Positions 28,799-37,674 of a stretch of 64,000 bases of DNA are shown here, piece after piece. This DNA comes from an uncultured Eubacteriales bacterium (GTDB lineage: Bacteria; Bacillota; Clostridia; Christensenellales; CAG-138), in NCBI GenBank assembly GCA_900319345.1, contig ONNZ01000002.1, forward strand, positions 21,111 through 85,110. Direction: 5' to 3'. The position numbers and the translations under genes were made by a program. How positions within the stretch are numbered: the first letter of the stretch is position 1; each line of letters opens with the position of its first letter. Under the pieces are notes generated by a model. It did no database searches. It worked only from the letters and a program-made list of their open reading frames with translations, and was not told the origin of the DNA.

Positions 28799-29620
28799 TT
28801 AACAATTTATGTGAAATTTATGACTGTCCGAGACGACTTGAGCCACTTTTTCCTCGAAATCCGTCGATGCCGCCGGGCTCGTCTCGCCTTCGTTCTGCAA
28901 AAACAGCAGAAACTCTATGTTTCCTTTGGGGCCAGTGATGGGCGAGAAGGAAAGGTCCTCCACCCGGTATCCGGCCTCCTCGGCATACCGGATTATGTTT
29001 ATACATACATCCCGATGAATAGACGCCTCCCGGACCACGCCGTTCTTGCCCACCTGGCCCCGGCCCGCCTCGAACTGGGGCTTGATGAGGGCCACCACCT
29101 GGCCCTCTATCTTCAGGCACGCTTTGAGAGGCGGCAGGATCAGCTTCAGGGAGATGAAGGACACGTCGATGGAGGCGAAGTCGAAGGGGCCGTCGAACCA
29201 GCCGGGCTCCATGAAGCGGGCGTTGCGCCGCTCCATGACCGTGACCCGGGGGTCGTTGCGAAGCTGCCAGGCCAGCTGGCCGTAGCCCACGTCCAGGGCG
29301 CAGACGTGGCTGGCCCCGTTCTGGAGCATGCAGTCCGTGAACCCGCCGGTGGACGCGCCCACGTCCAGGCACACCTTGTCCTGCAACGACAGGGGGAACA
29401 CCTTCAGGGCCTTGTCCAGCTTCAGACCGCCCCGGCTCACGAAGGGAACGGGGTCCTCGTGGAGGGTGACGGCGTCCTCGGGCCGCACCTCCTCCCCCGC
29501 CTTCTCCGCCTTTCGGCCGTTGACGAAGACCTCCCCGGCCATGATCATGGCCCGGGCCCTCTCCCGGGAGGGGGCTAAACCCGCCTCCACCATATGCACG
29601 TCCAACCGCTTCCTATCCAT
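28799..29620 (-). CDS. tlyA: TlyA-family rRNA (cytidine-2'-O)-methyltransferase
   Basis: S4-like N-terminus (MDRKRLDVHMVEAGLAPSRERARAMIMAGEVFVNG) plus an FtsJ-type methyltransferase domain (CLDVGASTGGFTDC). Confidence 0.92.
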   Translation of the reverse strand: MDRKRLDVHMVEAGLAPSRERARAMIMAGEVFVNGRKAEKAGEEVRPEDAVTLHEDPVPFVSRGGLKLDKALKVFPLSLQDKVCLDVGASTGGFTDCMLQNGASHVCALDVGYGQLAWQLRNDPRVTVMERRNARFMEPGWFDGPFDFASIDVSFISLKLILPPLKACLKIEGQVVALIKPQFEAGRGQVGKNGVVREASIHRDVCINIIRYAEEAGYRVEDLSFSPITGPKGNIEFLLFLQNEGETSPAASTDFEEKVAQVVSDSHKFHINC

Positions 29621-31448
29621 TCGATCCCCTCAGCTCCTGAACGGCCTGTATCATGGCCGCCTCGTCGATGCCGCCCAACGTCCGCTGCCGGGCCACGGTG
29701 GCCTGGGCCATGGGCCCGTCGGGCAGGCACAGGGGCCGCACCGTCAGCTCCGGACAGTAGGCCGCCACATACAGGCTCAGCGCCGCCACGTTCTCCTCGG
29801 CGACCACGAGCTTGCAGCCCTTTCGCCGCAGCTCGTCCAGCAGTTCGTAATCTAACGGCTTGTAGAACCGGGCCTCCACCAGGCCGCAGTCCAGCTGCTC
29901 CGCCACCTGACGGGCGATCTGGACCAGGGGGCCGGCGGCCAGGATGACCACGTCCGACACAGGCCGCAGGACGGTCCATTTGCCGTAGACCACGGGGGCC
30001 TCCCCCCCGCCCTCGGGCAGGGTGCCCCGGCAGTAGCGGATGGCCGCGGGCTCGTCCCGGGAGACCGCCAGGCGGATCATGGCCCGAAGCTCGGTCAACG
30101 TGGCGGGCTCGTAGACGGACAGATTGGGGATGGCGCAGAGCATGGCCGGATCGTAGATGCCCTGATGGGTCTCCCCGTCCTGGCCCACCAGGCCCGCCCG
30201 GTCCACGCCGATGACCACCGGGAGCTTCTGCAGGCAGATATCGTGATAGAGCTGATCCACGGCCCGTTGCAGGAAGGAGGAGTAGATGGCCGCCACCGGC
30301 CGAAGGCCCTCCGCCGCCATGCCAGCGGCCATGGTGAGGGCGTGTTCCTCTGCGATGCCCACGTCGAAGGCTCGGTCGGGGAAGGTCTCGAAGAAGGGGC
30401 GCAGGCCCGTACCGTCCCGCATGGCGGCGGTGATGGCCACGATGCGTCCGTCCTCCCGAGCCAGCTCCAGCAAAGTCTTGCCGAAGGTCTCGGAACAGGA
30501 AACGGCCCCGGAGGACGCCACGGCCCCCGTCTCCGGGGAGAAGGGCGCGACGCCGTGGAATTTCTCAGGGTTCTGCTCCGACGGGCTGTAACCCTTGCCC
30601 TTCTGGGTGATCACGTGGACCACCACCGGCCGCTCCAGGGCCCGGGCCTCCCCCAATAGATCGATCATCTGGGGGATGTCGTGACCGCTGATGGGCCCGA
30701 GATAGGTGAACCCCATCTCCTCGAAGAAGGTATTCTGGAGCACGAACCGCTTGATCCGGTTCTTGAAGCCCTCGATGTTCTTGGACATGCGGCGGCCCAC
30801 CATGCCCCGCTCCAGCACCCGGACCACGAACCGCTTCAAGCGGTTGTATCCGCTGCTGGCCCTGAGGCGGGACAGGCTCCGGCTCATGGCGCCCACGTTC
30901 CGGGAGATGGACATCTCGTTGTCGTTGAGCACCACTACCAGGGGCAGCTTGCTGTCGCCCCCGTCGTCAAGCGCTTCATAGGCGAGGCCGCCGGTCAGGG
31001 CGCCGTCGCCGATGACGGCCGCCACGTGGCCGGGCTGGTGCAGCAGTTGCTTAGCCCGTGCCATGCCCAGGGCCGCCGAGATGGAGGTGCTGGCATGGCC
31101 GGTGTTGAAGGCGTCGTAGGGGCTCTCCTCCCGCTTGGGGAAGCCGGAAAGGCCCCCCTCCTGGCGCAGGGTGGTGAAAACGTCCCGCCGCCCGGTCAAA
31201 ATCTTATGGGCGTAGGATTGATGGCCCACGTCGAACAGGATCCGGTCGCCCTCGTCGGCGTACACCCGGTGCAGGGCGATGATCAGGTCCACCGCCCCCA
31301 GGCTGGCGGCCAGGTGTCCGCCGTTCTTGGAGACGCAGTCCACCATATAGCCCCGTATCTCCTCTGCCAGGGCGGGGAGCTTGTCCTCGGGCAGAGCCTG
31401 CAGGTCCTTGGGGCCGTTCAGTTGTTGTAAGATCGGATATTCCTTCAT
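29613..31448 (-). CDS. dxs: 1-deoxy-D-xylulose-5-phosphate synthase
   Basis: 611 aa. It has GGHLAASLGAVDL, the ThDP motif IGDGALTGGLAYEALDD and transketolase-like domains. Confidence 0.97.
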   Translation of the reverse strand: MKEYPILQQLNGPKDLQALPEDKLPALAEEIRGYMVDCVSKNGGHLAASLGAVDLIIALHRVYADEGDRILFDVGHQSYAHKILTGRRDVFTTLRQEGGLSGFPKREESPYDAFNTGHASTSISAALGMARAKQLLHQPGHVAAVIGDGALTGGLAYEALDDGGDSKLPLVVVLNDNEMSISRNVGAMSRSLSRLRASSGYNRLKRFVVRVLERGMVGRRMSKNIEGFKNRIKRFVLQNTFFEEMGFTYLGPISGHDIPQMIDLLGEARALERPVVVHVITQKGKGYSPSEQNPEKFHGVAPFSPETGAVASSGAVSCSETFGKTLLELAREDGRIVAITAAMRDGTGLRPFFETFPDRAFDVGIAEEHALTMAAGMAAEGLRPVAAIYSSFLQRAVDQLYHDICLQKLPVVIGVDRAGLVGQDGETHQGIYDPAMLCAIPNLSVYEPATLTELRAMIRLAVSRDEPAAIRYCRGTLPEGGGEAPVVYGKWTVLRPVSDVVILAAGPLVQIARQVAEQLDCGLVEARFYKPLDYELLDELRRKGCKLVVAEENVAALSLYVAAYCPELTVRPLCLPDGPMAQATVARQRTLGGIDEAAMIQAVQELRGSNG

Positions 31449-32248
31449 ACTGTCCTGACGGCGATCCGGTTGGCTAAATCGCAGAGATACGCCGCCGCTT
31501 CTCCGCTGTACCCGCTCAACAGCTTGCGGATGTCCGACGCCAGGGCGTCGATCTCCCGCTTCGTTTCGTCCACGCCGAGGAGGGTCACGTAGGTAAGCTT
31601 CCCCTCCGCCTGGTCCTTCTCAATATCCAACAGGTCGTCGGTCATCTGGAACAGCAGCCCCAGCTTGTCCGCAAAGGCGCGGATATCCTCCGCCGCCGCT
31701 CCATCGCAGCCGCCCCGATAGGCCCCGGACAGGCAGGCCGCCCGAAAGAGGGCCCCGGTCTTCAGATCGTGTATGCGCTGGAGGGAGGCAAGGTCCCGGG
31801 CGCTGACGTTCAGATCCAGGCTCTGGCCCGCCGCCATGTCCAACGCCCCCTGGAAGACGGCTTTCTTCGCCGCCTCCTGGCCCGGCACGTCCGACAGGAG
31901 CCGCATAGCCATGGTGAGGAGCCCGTCCCCGGCCAGGATGGCGTTCCCCTCACCGAAGGCCTTGTGGCAACTGGGCTTGCCCCGGCGCATGTCGTCGTCG
32001 TCCATGGCGGGCAGATCGTCATGGATCAAGGAATAGGCGTGGATCATCTCGAGGGCCGCCGCGAAGGGCAGGGCGTCCTCCACGGTGCCGCCCACCAGCT
32101 CGCAGCAGGCCAGGCACAGGCAGGCCCGGATGCGCTTGCCCCCGGACAGAAGGCTGTAGCGCATGGAGCTAAGAAACAGGGGCGGCAGATCGAAGGCGGC
32201 GCTGTACCGGTCCAGGGCTGCCTCGATGATGGGCAGATAGTTCTTCAT
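31445..32248 (-). CDS. ispA: Farnesyl/geranyl diphosphate synthase (polyprenyl synthetase)
   Basis: First Asp-rich motif LIHDDLPAMDDDDMRRGKPS and second motif QMTDDLLD. Confidence 0.92.
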   Translation of the reverse strand: MKNYLPIIEAALDRYSAAFDLPPLFLSSMRYSLLSGGKRIRACLCLACCELVGGTVEDALPFAAALEMIHAYSLIHDDLPAMDDDDMRRGKPSCHKAFGEGNAILAGDGLLTMAMRLLSDVPGQEAAKKAVFQGALDMAAGQSLDLNVSARDLASLQRIHDLKTGALFRAACLSGAYRGGCDGAAAEDIRAFADKLGLLFQMTDDLLDIEKDQAEGKLTYVTLLGVDETKREIDALASDIRKLLSGYSGEAAAYLCDLANRIAVRTV

Positions 32249-32439
32249 GACCCCATCTCCGTGCCCTTGAGCCGCTTTTCGAAGGCGGCCAGCTCCTGAG
32301 CGCAGCTCTCGTAGAGGGCCATGCCCCGCTCGTGCAGGGCGACCATCTCCTCCAGGGGCACGGTGCCGCTTTCCAGCTTTCCGATCAGCTCCTCCAATTC
32401 GGCCATCTTTTCTTCGAAGGTCTTCTCGTTCTTCTTCAT
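32245..32439 (-). CDS. xseB: Exodeoxyribonuclease VII small subunit
   Basis: 64 aa. KTFEEKMAELEELIGKLESGTVPLEEMVALHERG. It is coupled to xseA and ispA. Confidence 0.92.
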   Translation of the reverse strand: MKKNEKTFEEKMAELEELIGKLESGTVPLEEMVALHERGMALYESCAQELAAFEKRLKGTEMGS

Positions 32440-33647
32440 GTCATATCCTTTCCCGTCACATGGGCCTGTACGCGGCCGTCCCGGAACCGAAGGGTGAGCC
32501 CCTCGCCCACGGTCGTATCGTCCGCCCTGCGAACGAGGTCGTTTCTTTCATCAAACACCAGGGCAAAGCCCCGATCCAGAGCCCCCAGGGGGTCCGCCGC
32601 CTTGAGCCGGGCCCCGACGGTGGCAAGGGCGTCCCGCTGCCTCTGCAGCCGTCCCTCGATCCCCTCCTCCAGGGCGTCCCGGCAGGTATCCAGCCGCTGC
32701 TGCTCCTGCATCAGGCGCTGTTCCGTCAGCAGAGCGCCCCGCCGCCGGATGAGCAGCTCCAGCCGATCCCGCTTGCGCTCCATGCCGTGGCGGAGGGCCG
32801 AGCAGAGCCTGTCCCGGCTTTGGGCCAGGCCGTCCTTCAGCTTGCCCAGCTCCGGCACCGCCAGCTCCGCCGCCGCGGAGGGCGTGGGAGCCCGAAGGTC
32901 CGCCGCAAAATCCGTCAACGAAAAATCTATCTCGTGACCCACGGCGGAGATCACCGGCAGGGTACAGTCGTGGACCGCCGCCACCACGATCTCCTCGTTG
33001 AAGGCCCACAGATCCTCCAAAGAGCCGCCGCCCCGGCCCACGATCAGCACGTCACAGCGCTGCTCCTGGTCCGCCTGGCGGATGGCCGCGGCGATCTCCC
33101 CCGCCGCCTTCTCCCCCTGGACCGCCACCGGGTACAACCGAATGGGCATGTTGGGGAACCGGCGGGCGATCACGTTGCGGATGTCCTCGATGGCCGCGCC
33201 GGTGCCGGAGGTCACCACCCCCACCGCCCGGGGCAGGAAGGGGATGGGTTTTTTCAAGCTCTCGTCGAACCAGCCCCGCCCTTTGAGCTCCTCCCGCAGG
33301 GCGATAAACTTTTGATACAACGCTCCGTCCCCGGTCTTCTCCATGCGCTCGGCATAGACCTGGAAGGAGCCGTCCCGCCCATACAGGCCCGCCCGTCCCT
33401 CGATGCGGACGGACATGCCGTCCTTGGGGAAGAAGCTGAGCCGCAGGGCGTTGGGCCGGAACATGACGCACCGCACGGAGGCCGCGTCGTCCTTCAGGGT
33501 GAAATAGAGGTGGCCGGAGGTGTGGCGCTTGAAGGCGCTGATCTCCCCCGTCACCGTGAGCTCGCCCATGAAGGGGTCCCGGGAGAGCATCAGATCCACG
33601 TATTCGTTCAGTTCGGACACGGTAAAGACCGGCTTCAGCTCCGTCAT
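32436..33647 (-). CDS. xseA: Exodeoxyribonuclease VII large subunit
   Basis: 403 aa with an OB-fold N-terminus (VFTVSELNEYVDLML...GEISAFKRHTSGHLYFTLKD). Confidence 0.95.
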   Translation of the reverse strand: MTELKPVFTVSELNEYVDLMLSRDPFMGELTVTGEISAFKRHTSGHLYFTLKDDAASVRCVMFRPNALRLSFFPKDGMSVRIEGRAGLYGRDGSFQVYAERMEKTGDGALYQKFIALREELKGRGWFDESLKKPIPFLPRAVGVVTSGTGAAIEDIRNVIARRFPNMPIRLYPVAVQGEKAAGEIAAAIRQADQEQRCDVLIVGRGGGSLEDLWAFNEEIVVAAVHDCTLPVISAVGHEIDFSLTDFAADLRAPTPSAAAELAVPELGKLKDGLAQSRDRLCSALRHGMERKRDRLELLIRRRGALLTEQRLMQEQQRLDTCRDALEEGIEGRLQRQRDALATVGARLKAADPLGALDRGFALVFDERNDLVRRADDTTVGEGLTLRFRDGRVQAHVTGKDMT

Positions 33648-34588
33648 AGGGCCACCTCCCGATCGTACCCCAGGGCTGCCACGCCCACGGCGTTGTCGCT
33701 GCTGAAGCGGCTCTCGCCGAAGAACAGGGGCAGCTCACACCGCTCCCGCAACAGCTCCCGGAGGAGCTGGCTGGAGGCCACCCCGCCGCACAGGAGCACG
33801 GGCCGTTCCCCCCGCTGCCGCGCCGCGTTGGTCAACAGCTTGGTCATGGTCCTGGCCAGCAAATCGTAGATGCCGAAGGCTACCTCCGATGGCTCTGCGC
33901 CTTGGTGCAGCGCCCGCTGGGCCGCCGTCTCCGCCCCGGACAGGGAGCAGGTCAGCTCTCGCACAGAGGCGGGGATGCGCATATCCCTGTTCGTCGCCTG
34001 ACGGGCCAGGGCTTCCATCTCCTTCCCCGCGGGAAAGCCGCAGCCCAGGAGCACGCCCACCCGGTCCACCAGCTGGCCCGCATGCAGATCCTCGGAGCGG
34101 CCCAAAGGCTCGATGGAGAAGGCGCCGGGCTCCCTGGTCTCCACGGCCAGCAGGTCCGTGGTGCCGCCGGAAAGATGGACGGCGTAGAAGGGCTTGGCCA
34201 TCAATGCCTCGTTCCCGATCAGGGCGGCCCGGATATGGCCGCTCTGATGGTCCAGGGGAAGCAGCGGCACCCGAAGGGACGCCGCCAGGGCTCGGGCCAC
34301 GCCCATGCCGGTCAAAAACACGGGCATATAGGAATCCTCCCGCGCCACGGGGGACCGGCTGCAGGCCACGGCCGCGATATCCTCCGGCGACACGGCGGAA
34401 AAAGCTGCCTCCACCAGGGGCGGCAGCTGCCGGGTATGCAAAAAAACGCCCTCGGACTGTCTCAACCCTCTGTCGCCCTTCTGGACCGGGAGGAGGGTCC
34501 TCCCGTCGTACAGGACGCCGGATCGGCCGAAGCAGGCGACCGAGGTCGTGTAGCAGCTGGTATCTATGCCCAGCACTGCCCCCTTCAT
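33644..34588 (-). CDS. Divergent Kae1/TsaD-like (glycoprotease, ASKHA-fold) protein
   Basis: I trimmed the start to the ATG at 34588 (MKGAVLGIDTSCYTTSVA). TsaD-like landmarks are retained: LDHQSGH (HxxxH metal site), SGGTTDL, GGVASSQLLRE and SSDNAVGVA. The N-terminal segment after GIDTSC is atypical. It overlaps nusB as ATGA. Confidence 0.7.
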   Translation of the reverse strand: MKGAVLGIDTSCYTTSVACFGRSGVLYDGRTLLPVQKGDRGLRQSEGVFLHTRQLPPLVEAAFSAVSPEDIAAVACSRSPVAREDSYMPVFLTGMGVARALAASLRVPLLPLDHQSGHIRAALIGNEALMAKPFYAVHLSGGTTDLLAVETREPGAFSIEPLGRSEDLHAGQLVDRVGVLLGCGFPAGKEMEALARQATNRDMRIPASVRELTCSLSGAETAAQRALHQGAEPSEVAFGIYDLLARTMTKLLTNAARQRGERPVLLCGGVASSQLLRELLRERCELPLFFGESRFSSDNAVGVAALGYDREVAL

Positions 34589-35010
34589 TCGCTGCGAAGC
34601 TCCCGGGCAGCGCTGCCCAAGATGCCGTTGATGAAGCCGGAGGACTTGTCCTCGGCGTACCTCTTGGCCAGCTCCACCGCCTCGTTGATGGTGGCGCCCA
34701 CGGGGATCTCGGGCATGCACATGAGCTCGTAGACGGCCATGCGCAGGATGGTCAAATCCACCTTCCCCAGCCGGTTCAGCGCCCAGCCCTGGGCATACTT
34801 GCCGATGACGGCGTCCAGCTCCTCCTGACGGTCGGTGACGCCGGCCACCAGGTTCTCCAAAAAGGTCTTGTCGCTGCCGGAGAGGGTGTCCGCCTGTTCC
34901 GACTGCTCCAAAACTTCATCCATGGTCTCGCCGCCGCCCAAAGAGGCAGCGTAGAGCATCTTCATCGCGATCTCGCGCGCCAAGGAACGAGGATCCATAT
35001 CCGCCCTCAC
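34585..35010 (-). CDS. nusB: Transcription antitermination factor NusB
   Basis: SLAREIAMKMLYAA..., ALNRLGKVDLTILRMAVYEL. The GTG at 35010 overlaps the upstream stop. An ATG at 34998 is an alternative start. Confidence 0.93.
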   Translation of the reverse strand: MRADMDPRSLAREIAMKMLYAASLGGGETMDEVLEQSEQADTLSGSDKTFLENLVAGVTDRQEELDAVIGKYAQGWALNRLGKVDLTILRMAVYELMCMPEIPVGATINEAVELAKRYAEDKSSGFINGILGSAARELRSE

Positions 35011-35228
35011 TTCTTCTGAAAAATGCTGGCGAAGAAGTCCTTCACCGCCGCCCAGCCGCCTTTATCCAGCAGGGTGCCCACCAGCACGCCCAGGGCGACC
35101 AGGGCCGCCAGAAGGAGCGTCCGCCAGAAACCGATGCAGAGGAAGAGGATCCCCAGCACCAGGGCGGAGACCACCATGATGGAGAGCCACTTGTGCTCAC
35201 TGTAAAACGTTTTGATCCACTCTTTCAT
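35007..35228 (-). CDS. Small two-TM membrane protein (DUF2273-like)
   Basis: 73 aa. It sits between amaP and nusB, as in Asp23 loci. Confidence 0.7.
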   Translation of the reverse strand: MKEWIKTFYSEHKWLSIMVVSALVLGILFLCIGFWRTLLLAALVALGVLVGTLLDKGGWAAVKDFFASIFQKK

Positions 35229-35238
35229 AGCCTGTCCT

Positions 35239-35787
35239 TTACTTCACCCGACTGGGAAGCTGTTCCACGGGGGTGGGCTTGGTCTCCTTCGCCTCCGAGG
35301 CGGCCTCCACCAGGATGCCCACCTTGCCAACGCGGATGCCCGTCATCTCGAAGATGCGGTTCTTCAGCCGCTCCTGCAGCATGGCCGCCAGCGGAGCCAC
35401 GGCCACACCGGGGTTCAACGCCATCTCCAGCTCCAGGTCCACGCCGCCGCCGTTGTTCTTCACCGCGCTCTTGCAGGCACGGACGCCGTCGCAGTCCTGG
35501 GCGATCTTTTTGGCCATATCGCTGATCACGTTCAGATTTACGTAGGCGCTGCCGTTCTCGCCCTCGTTGACCAGGGCCGCCTCCTGGCGCTTGCGGGCCG
35601 CACGGCGCAGATGGAGCCCTACCGCCGCCAGGATGCTGACGAGGGCCAGCACGCCCACGGTCACCCGCACCGCGCTCACCTGGAGCCAGGCGAGAGACGG
35701 GAACAGGACCAGGATGATGAGCAGCAAGCCCAGCAAAACGGCCAGCACGGAGAGCACCCAAAGGAGCAACCGGTCAAACAGCTTCAT
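35239..35787 (-). CDS. amaP: Alkaline-shock-response membrane anchor protein AmaP
   Basis: 182 aa with N-terminal TM helices and an Asp23-like C-terminal part. It lies directly downstream of asp23. Confidence 0.75.
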   Translation of the reverse strand: MKLFDRLLLWVLSVLAVLLGLLLIILVLFPSLAWLQVSAVRVTVGVLALVSILAAVGLHLRRAARKRQEAALVNEGENGSAYVNLNVISDMAKKIAQDCDGVRACKSAVKNNGGGVDLELEMALNPGVAVAPLAAMLQERLKNRIFEMTGIRVGKVGILVEAASEAKETKPTPVEQLPSRVK

Positions 35788-35812
35788 AGTATTCTCCCCT
35801 TCCCACCGGCAA

Positions 35813-35834
35813 GAGCCCGCCCCGAGGCGGGCTC
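35813..35834 (-). other. Intercistronic GC-rich stem-loop between asp23 and amaP
   Basis: GAGCCCGCC-ccga-GGCGGGCTC, a perfect 9-bp stem with no U-tract. Confidence 0.5.
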
Positions 35835-35857
35835 CGGCCAGGATCGTTTTTACAAAA

Positions 35858-36304
35858 TCACTTCACGCGCGGCGCGGGCGCTTCGGGCTCCTCCGCCACG
35901 GGTTCGGGCTCGGGCGCGGGGGCCGGCTCTTCCTTCTTCTCCGGCTCGAAGTAGATGCCGTTCACGTTCACGTTGACTTCCACCACCTTGAGGCCGGTCA
36001 TGGTCTCGATGGCGTTCTTGATCTCCTGCTGCACCTTCTGGGCAACTTCCTGAATGCGATAGCCGTACTTGACCACGATGGTGATGTCGCAGGCGCACTC
36101 CTCGGTGCCCACCTCGACTTTCACGCCCTTGGTGTAATTTTTCTTGCCCAGCTTCTCGGAGAGGCCTTCCATGGTGGTGCCGATCATGGCATGGACGCCC
36201 TCCACCTCGCTGGCTGCCAGGAAGGCGATGGTCGCCACCACGTCCTCGGCAAATACGATCTTTCCGCCCTGGATGTTCTCAATGTTGGTATCGACTTCGT
36301 TCAT
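35858..36304 (-). CDS. Asp23/Gls24-family envelope stress protein
   Basis: I trimmed the start to the ATG at 36304 (MNEVDTNIENIQGGKIVFAEDVVATIAFLAASEVEGV), which has a GGAGG RBS. Confidence 0.9.
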   Translation of the reverse strand: MNEVDTNIENIQGGKIVFAEDVVATIAFLAASEVEGVHAMIGTTMEGLSEKLGKKNYTKGVKVEVGTEECACDITIVVKYGYRIQEVAQKVQQEIKNAIETMTGLKVVEVNVNVNGIYFEPEKKEEPAPAPEPEPVAEEPEAPAPRVK

Positions 36305-36348
36305 TGTGTTGACCTCCTTCTGGTTTTTGGACACATTGATACGGTAAT

Positions 36349-36377
36349 AGTATACCAACTTCTGCCGAAAAAGGCAA
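36349..36377 (-). promoter_or_regulatory. SigA promoter for the asp23-amaP-nusB... unit
   Basis: Minus strand: TTGCCT (36377..36372), 17 nt, TATACT (36354..36349). Confidence 0.55.
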
Positions 36378-36381
36378 CCCG

Positions 36382-36903
36382 TTATTGTGCGGTTGACACC
36401 TTGATATTTTCCGCCGTTTCGCCGGTCTGCCGCAGGACGATGTCCAGTATCTGGGCCACCTGCTCGTCGGTCAGGGCGTCGGCGTCCACGATCACGTTGA
36501 CGGACCCGTTGTGCATGGACACGATGACCTCCTCGAAGCCCTTGGCCCGGATCAGGTTCTCCGTGTTCAGCTCCGACTCCATGCAGTCCACCAGGGTCAT
36601 CTTCTGCTTCTGGGCCTCGGACAGGGTGGCTTCGTCCCCGCCCTGGGCCACGATGGCGTCCAGATACGCCAGCTCCTGGGTCCTGACGCTGTCCCGTTCG
36701 CTGCGATACATGTCAAAGAAGCTCCCCTGGGCCCCCGGCGCGGACACGCTGACCGCTGCCGTGGCGGCCTGGGCCGCCTTCTCCTCGTTCCGGTTCATGA
36801 TGACGTTGGCGGCCACCGCGGCCAGCAGCAGCAGGCACACCGCAAAGAGCGTCATGGTGCGTCGGTTCAGCAGTTTCCTCATGTTTTGGATGGATGGTCT
36901 CAT
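36382..36903 (-). CDS. spoIIIAH: Stage III sporulation protein AH
   Basis: 173 aa with an N-terminal TM helix and a YscJ/FliF-like C-terminal part. It is the last gene of the spoIIIA operon. Confidence 0.8.
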   Translation of the reverse strand: MRPSIQNMRKLLNRRTMTLFAVCLLLLAAVAANVIMNRNEEKAAQAATAAVSVSAPGAQGSFFDMYRSERDSVRTQELAYLDAIVAQGGDEATLSEAQKQKMTLVDCMESELNTENLIRAKGFEEVIVSMHNGSVNVIVDADALTDEQVAQILDIVLRQTGETAENIKVSTAQ

Positions 36904-36961
36904 GTTTTTTCCTCCTTATCGAATATTGTCAGATCTGGGGATATGGGTTTCATGGTCTATC

Positions 36962-37513
36962 CTATGAGGGATAGTTCATTTCAAACACCTCGATGCAGGA
37001 AAGGGGCACCCCCGTCACCGCCTGCACCGCCCGCTGGAGGCTCAGCCGCACGGCCGGGTCCGCCGCCCCCTCCGCCACCACGATGACGCCCCGGATCTCC
37101 GGCTCCCGCTCCACCAGGATGATGGGGCTCTGGCCGCCCTCGGTGGAAACGGTGGCGGGCTGCCTCATCTCCCGAGACTGCTCCGACCGGGTGGCGGAGT
37201 TGACGCCGGAGGTCTCGGACACGCTCTCGTCCAGGGTGCTGACGGTGGCGGCAACCCGCTCCCCCGCCGTGGCGTAGGTGACCAGGACCCGGACCTTGCC
37301 CGCGCCGCGCACGGTGCTGAGGATGTCCTCCAGCCGTGCTTCCAGCGTGACCTCCGCCGCCGCGGGCCCGTCCCGGGGCGCGGCCTGGAACCAGCCCTCG
37401 CCCAGGCCGTAGAAGAGGCCCGCCAGCAGGAGCAGCGTCCCGTACAGGACCCAGGAGGCGTACTTCCAGCTTCGCAGCCGATCCCACGCGGCTTTTATCC
37501 CCATCCCCTTCAT
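36962..37513 (-). CDS. spoIIIAG: Stage III sporulation protein AG
   Basis: 183 aa with an N-terminal TM helix, ...GKVRVLVTYATAGERV... and PEIRGVIVVAEGA, which are typical of SpoIIIAG. Confidence 0.85.
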   Translation of the reverse strand: MKGMGIKAAWDRLRSWKYASWVLYGTLLLLAGLFYGLGEGWFQAAPRDGPAAAEVTLEARLEDILSTVRGAGKVRVLVTYATAGERVAATVSTLDESVSETSGVNSATRSEQSREMRQPATVSTEGGQSPIILVEREPEIRGVIVVAEGAADPAVRLSLQRAVQAVTGVPLSCIEVFEMNYPS

Positions 37514-37666
37514 TCATCCTCCCTTCAGCGCCAGCCAAAAGAGGCGCAAAGCTTCCAAAAGATAGCAGACGGATACGGCCCGCCGGCCCGCCGCTCCCAC
37601 GGTCCCGGAGGGGAACAGCAGCAGCAACAGGCCCGTGATGGCGCCGCACACGCAGAGATCCAGCAT
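37514..37666 (-). CDS. Minimal 50-aa SpoIIIAF-position membrane peptide
   Basis: MLDLCVCGAITGLLLLLFPSGTVGAAGRRAVSVCYLLEALRLFWLALKGG. It has two hydrophobic segments and fills the whole gap between the spoIIIAE stop (37675) and the spoIIIAG start (37513). Confidence 0.55.
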   Translation of the reverse strand: MLDLCVCGAITGLLLLLFPSGTVGAAGRRAVSVCYLLEALRLFWLALKGG

Positions 37667-37674
37667 CCCTTCCC

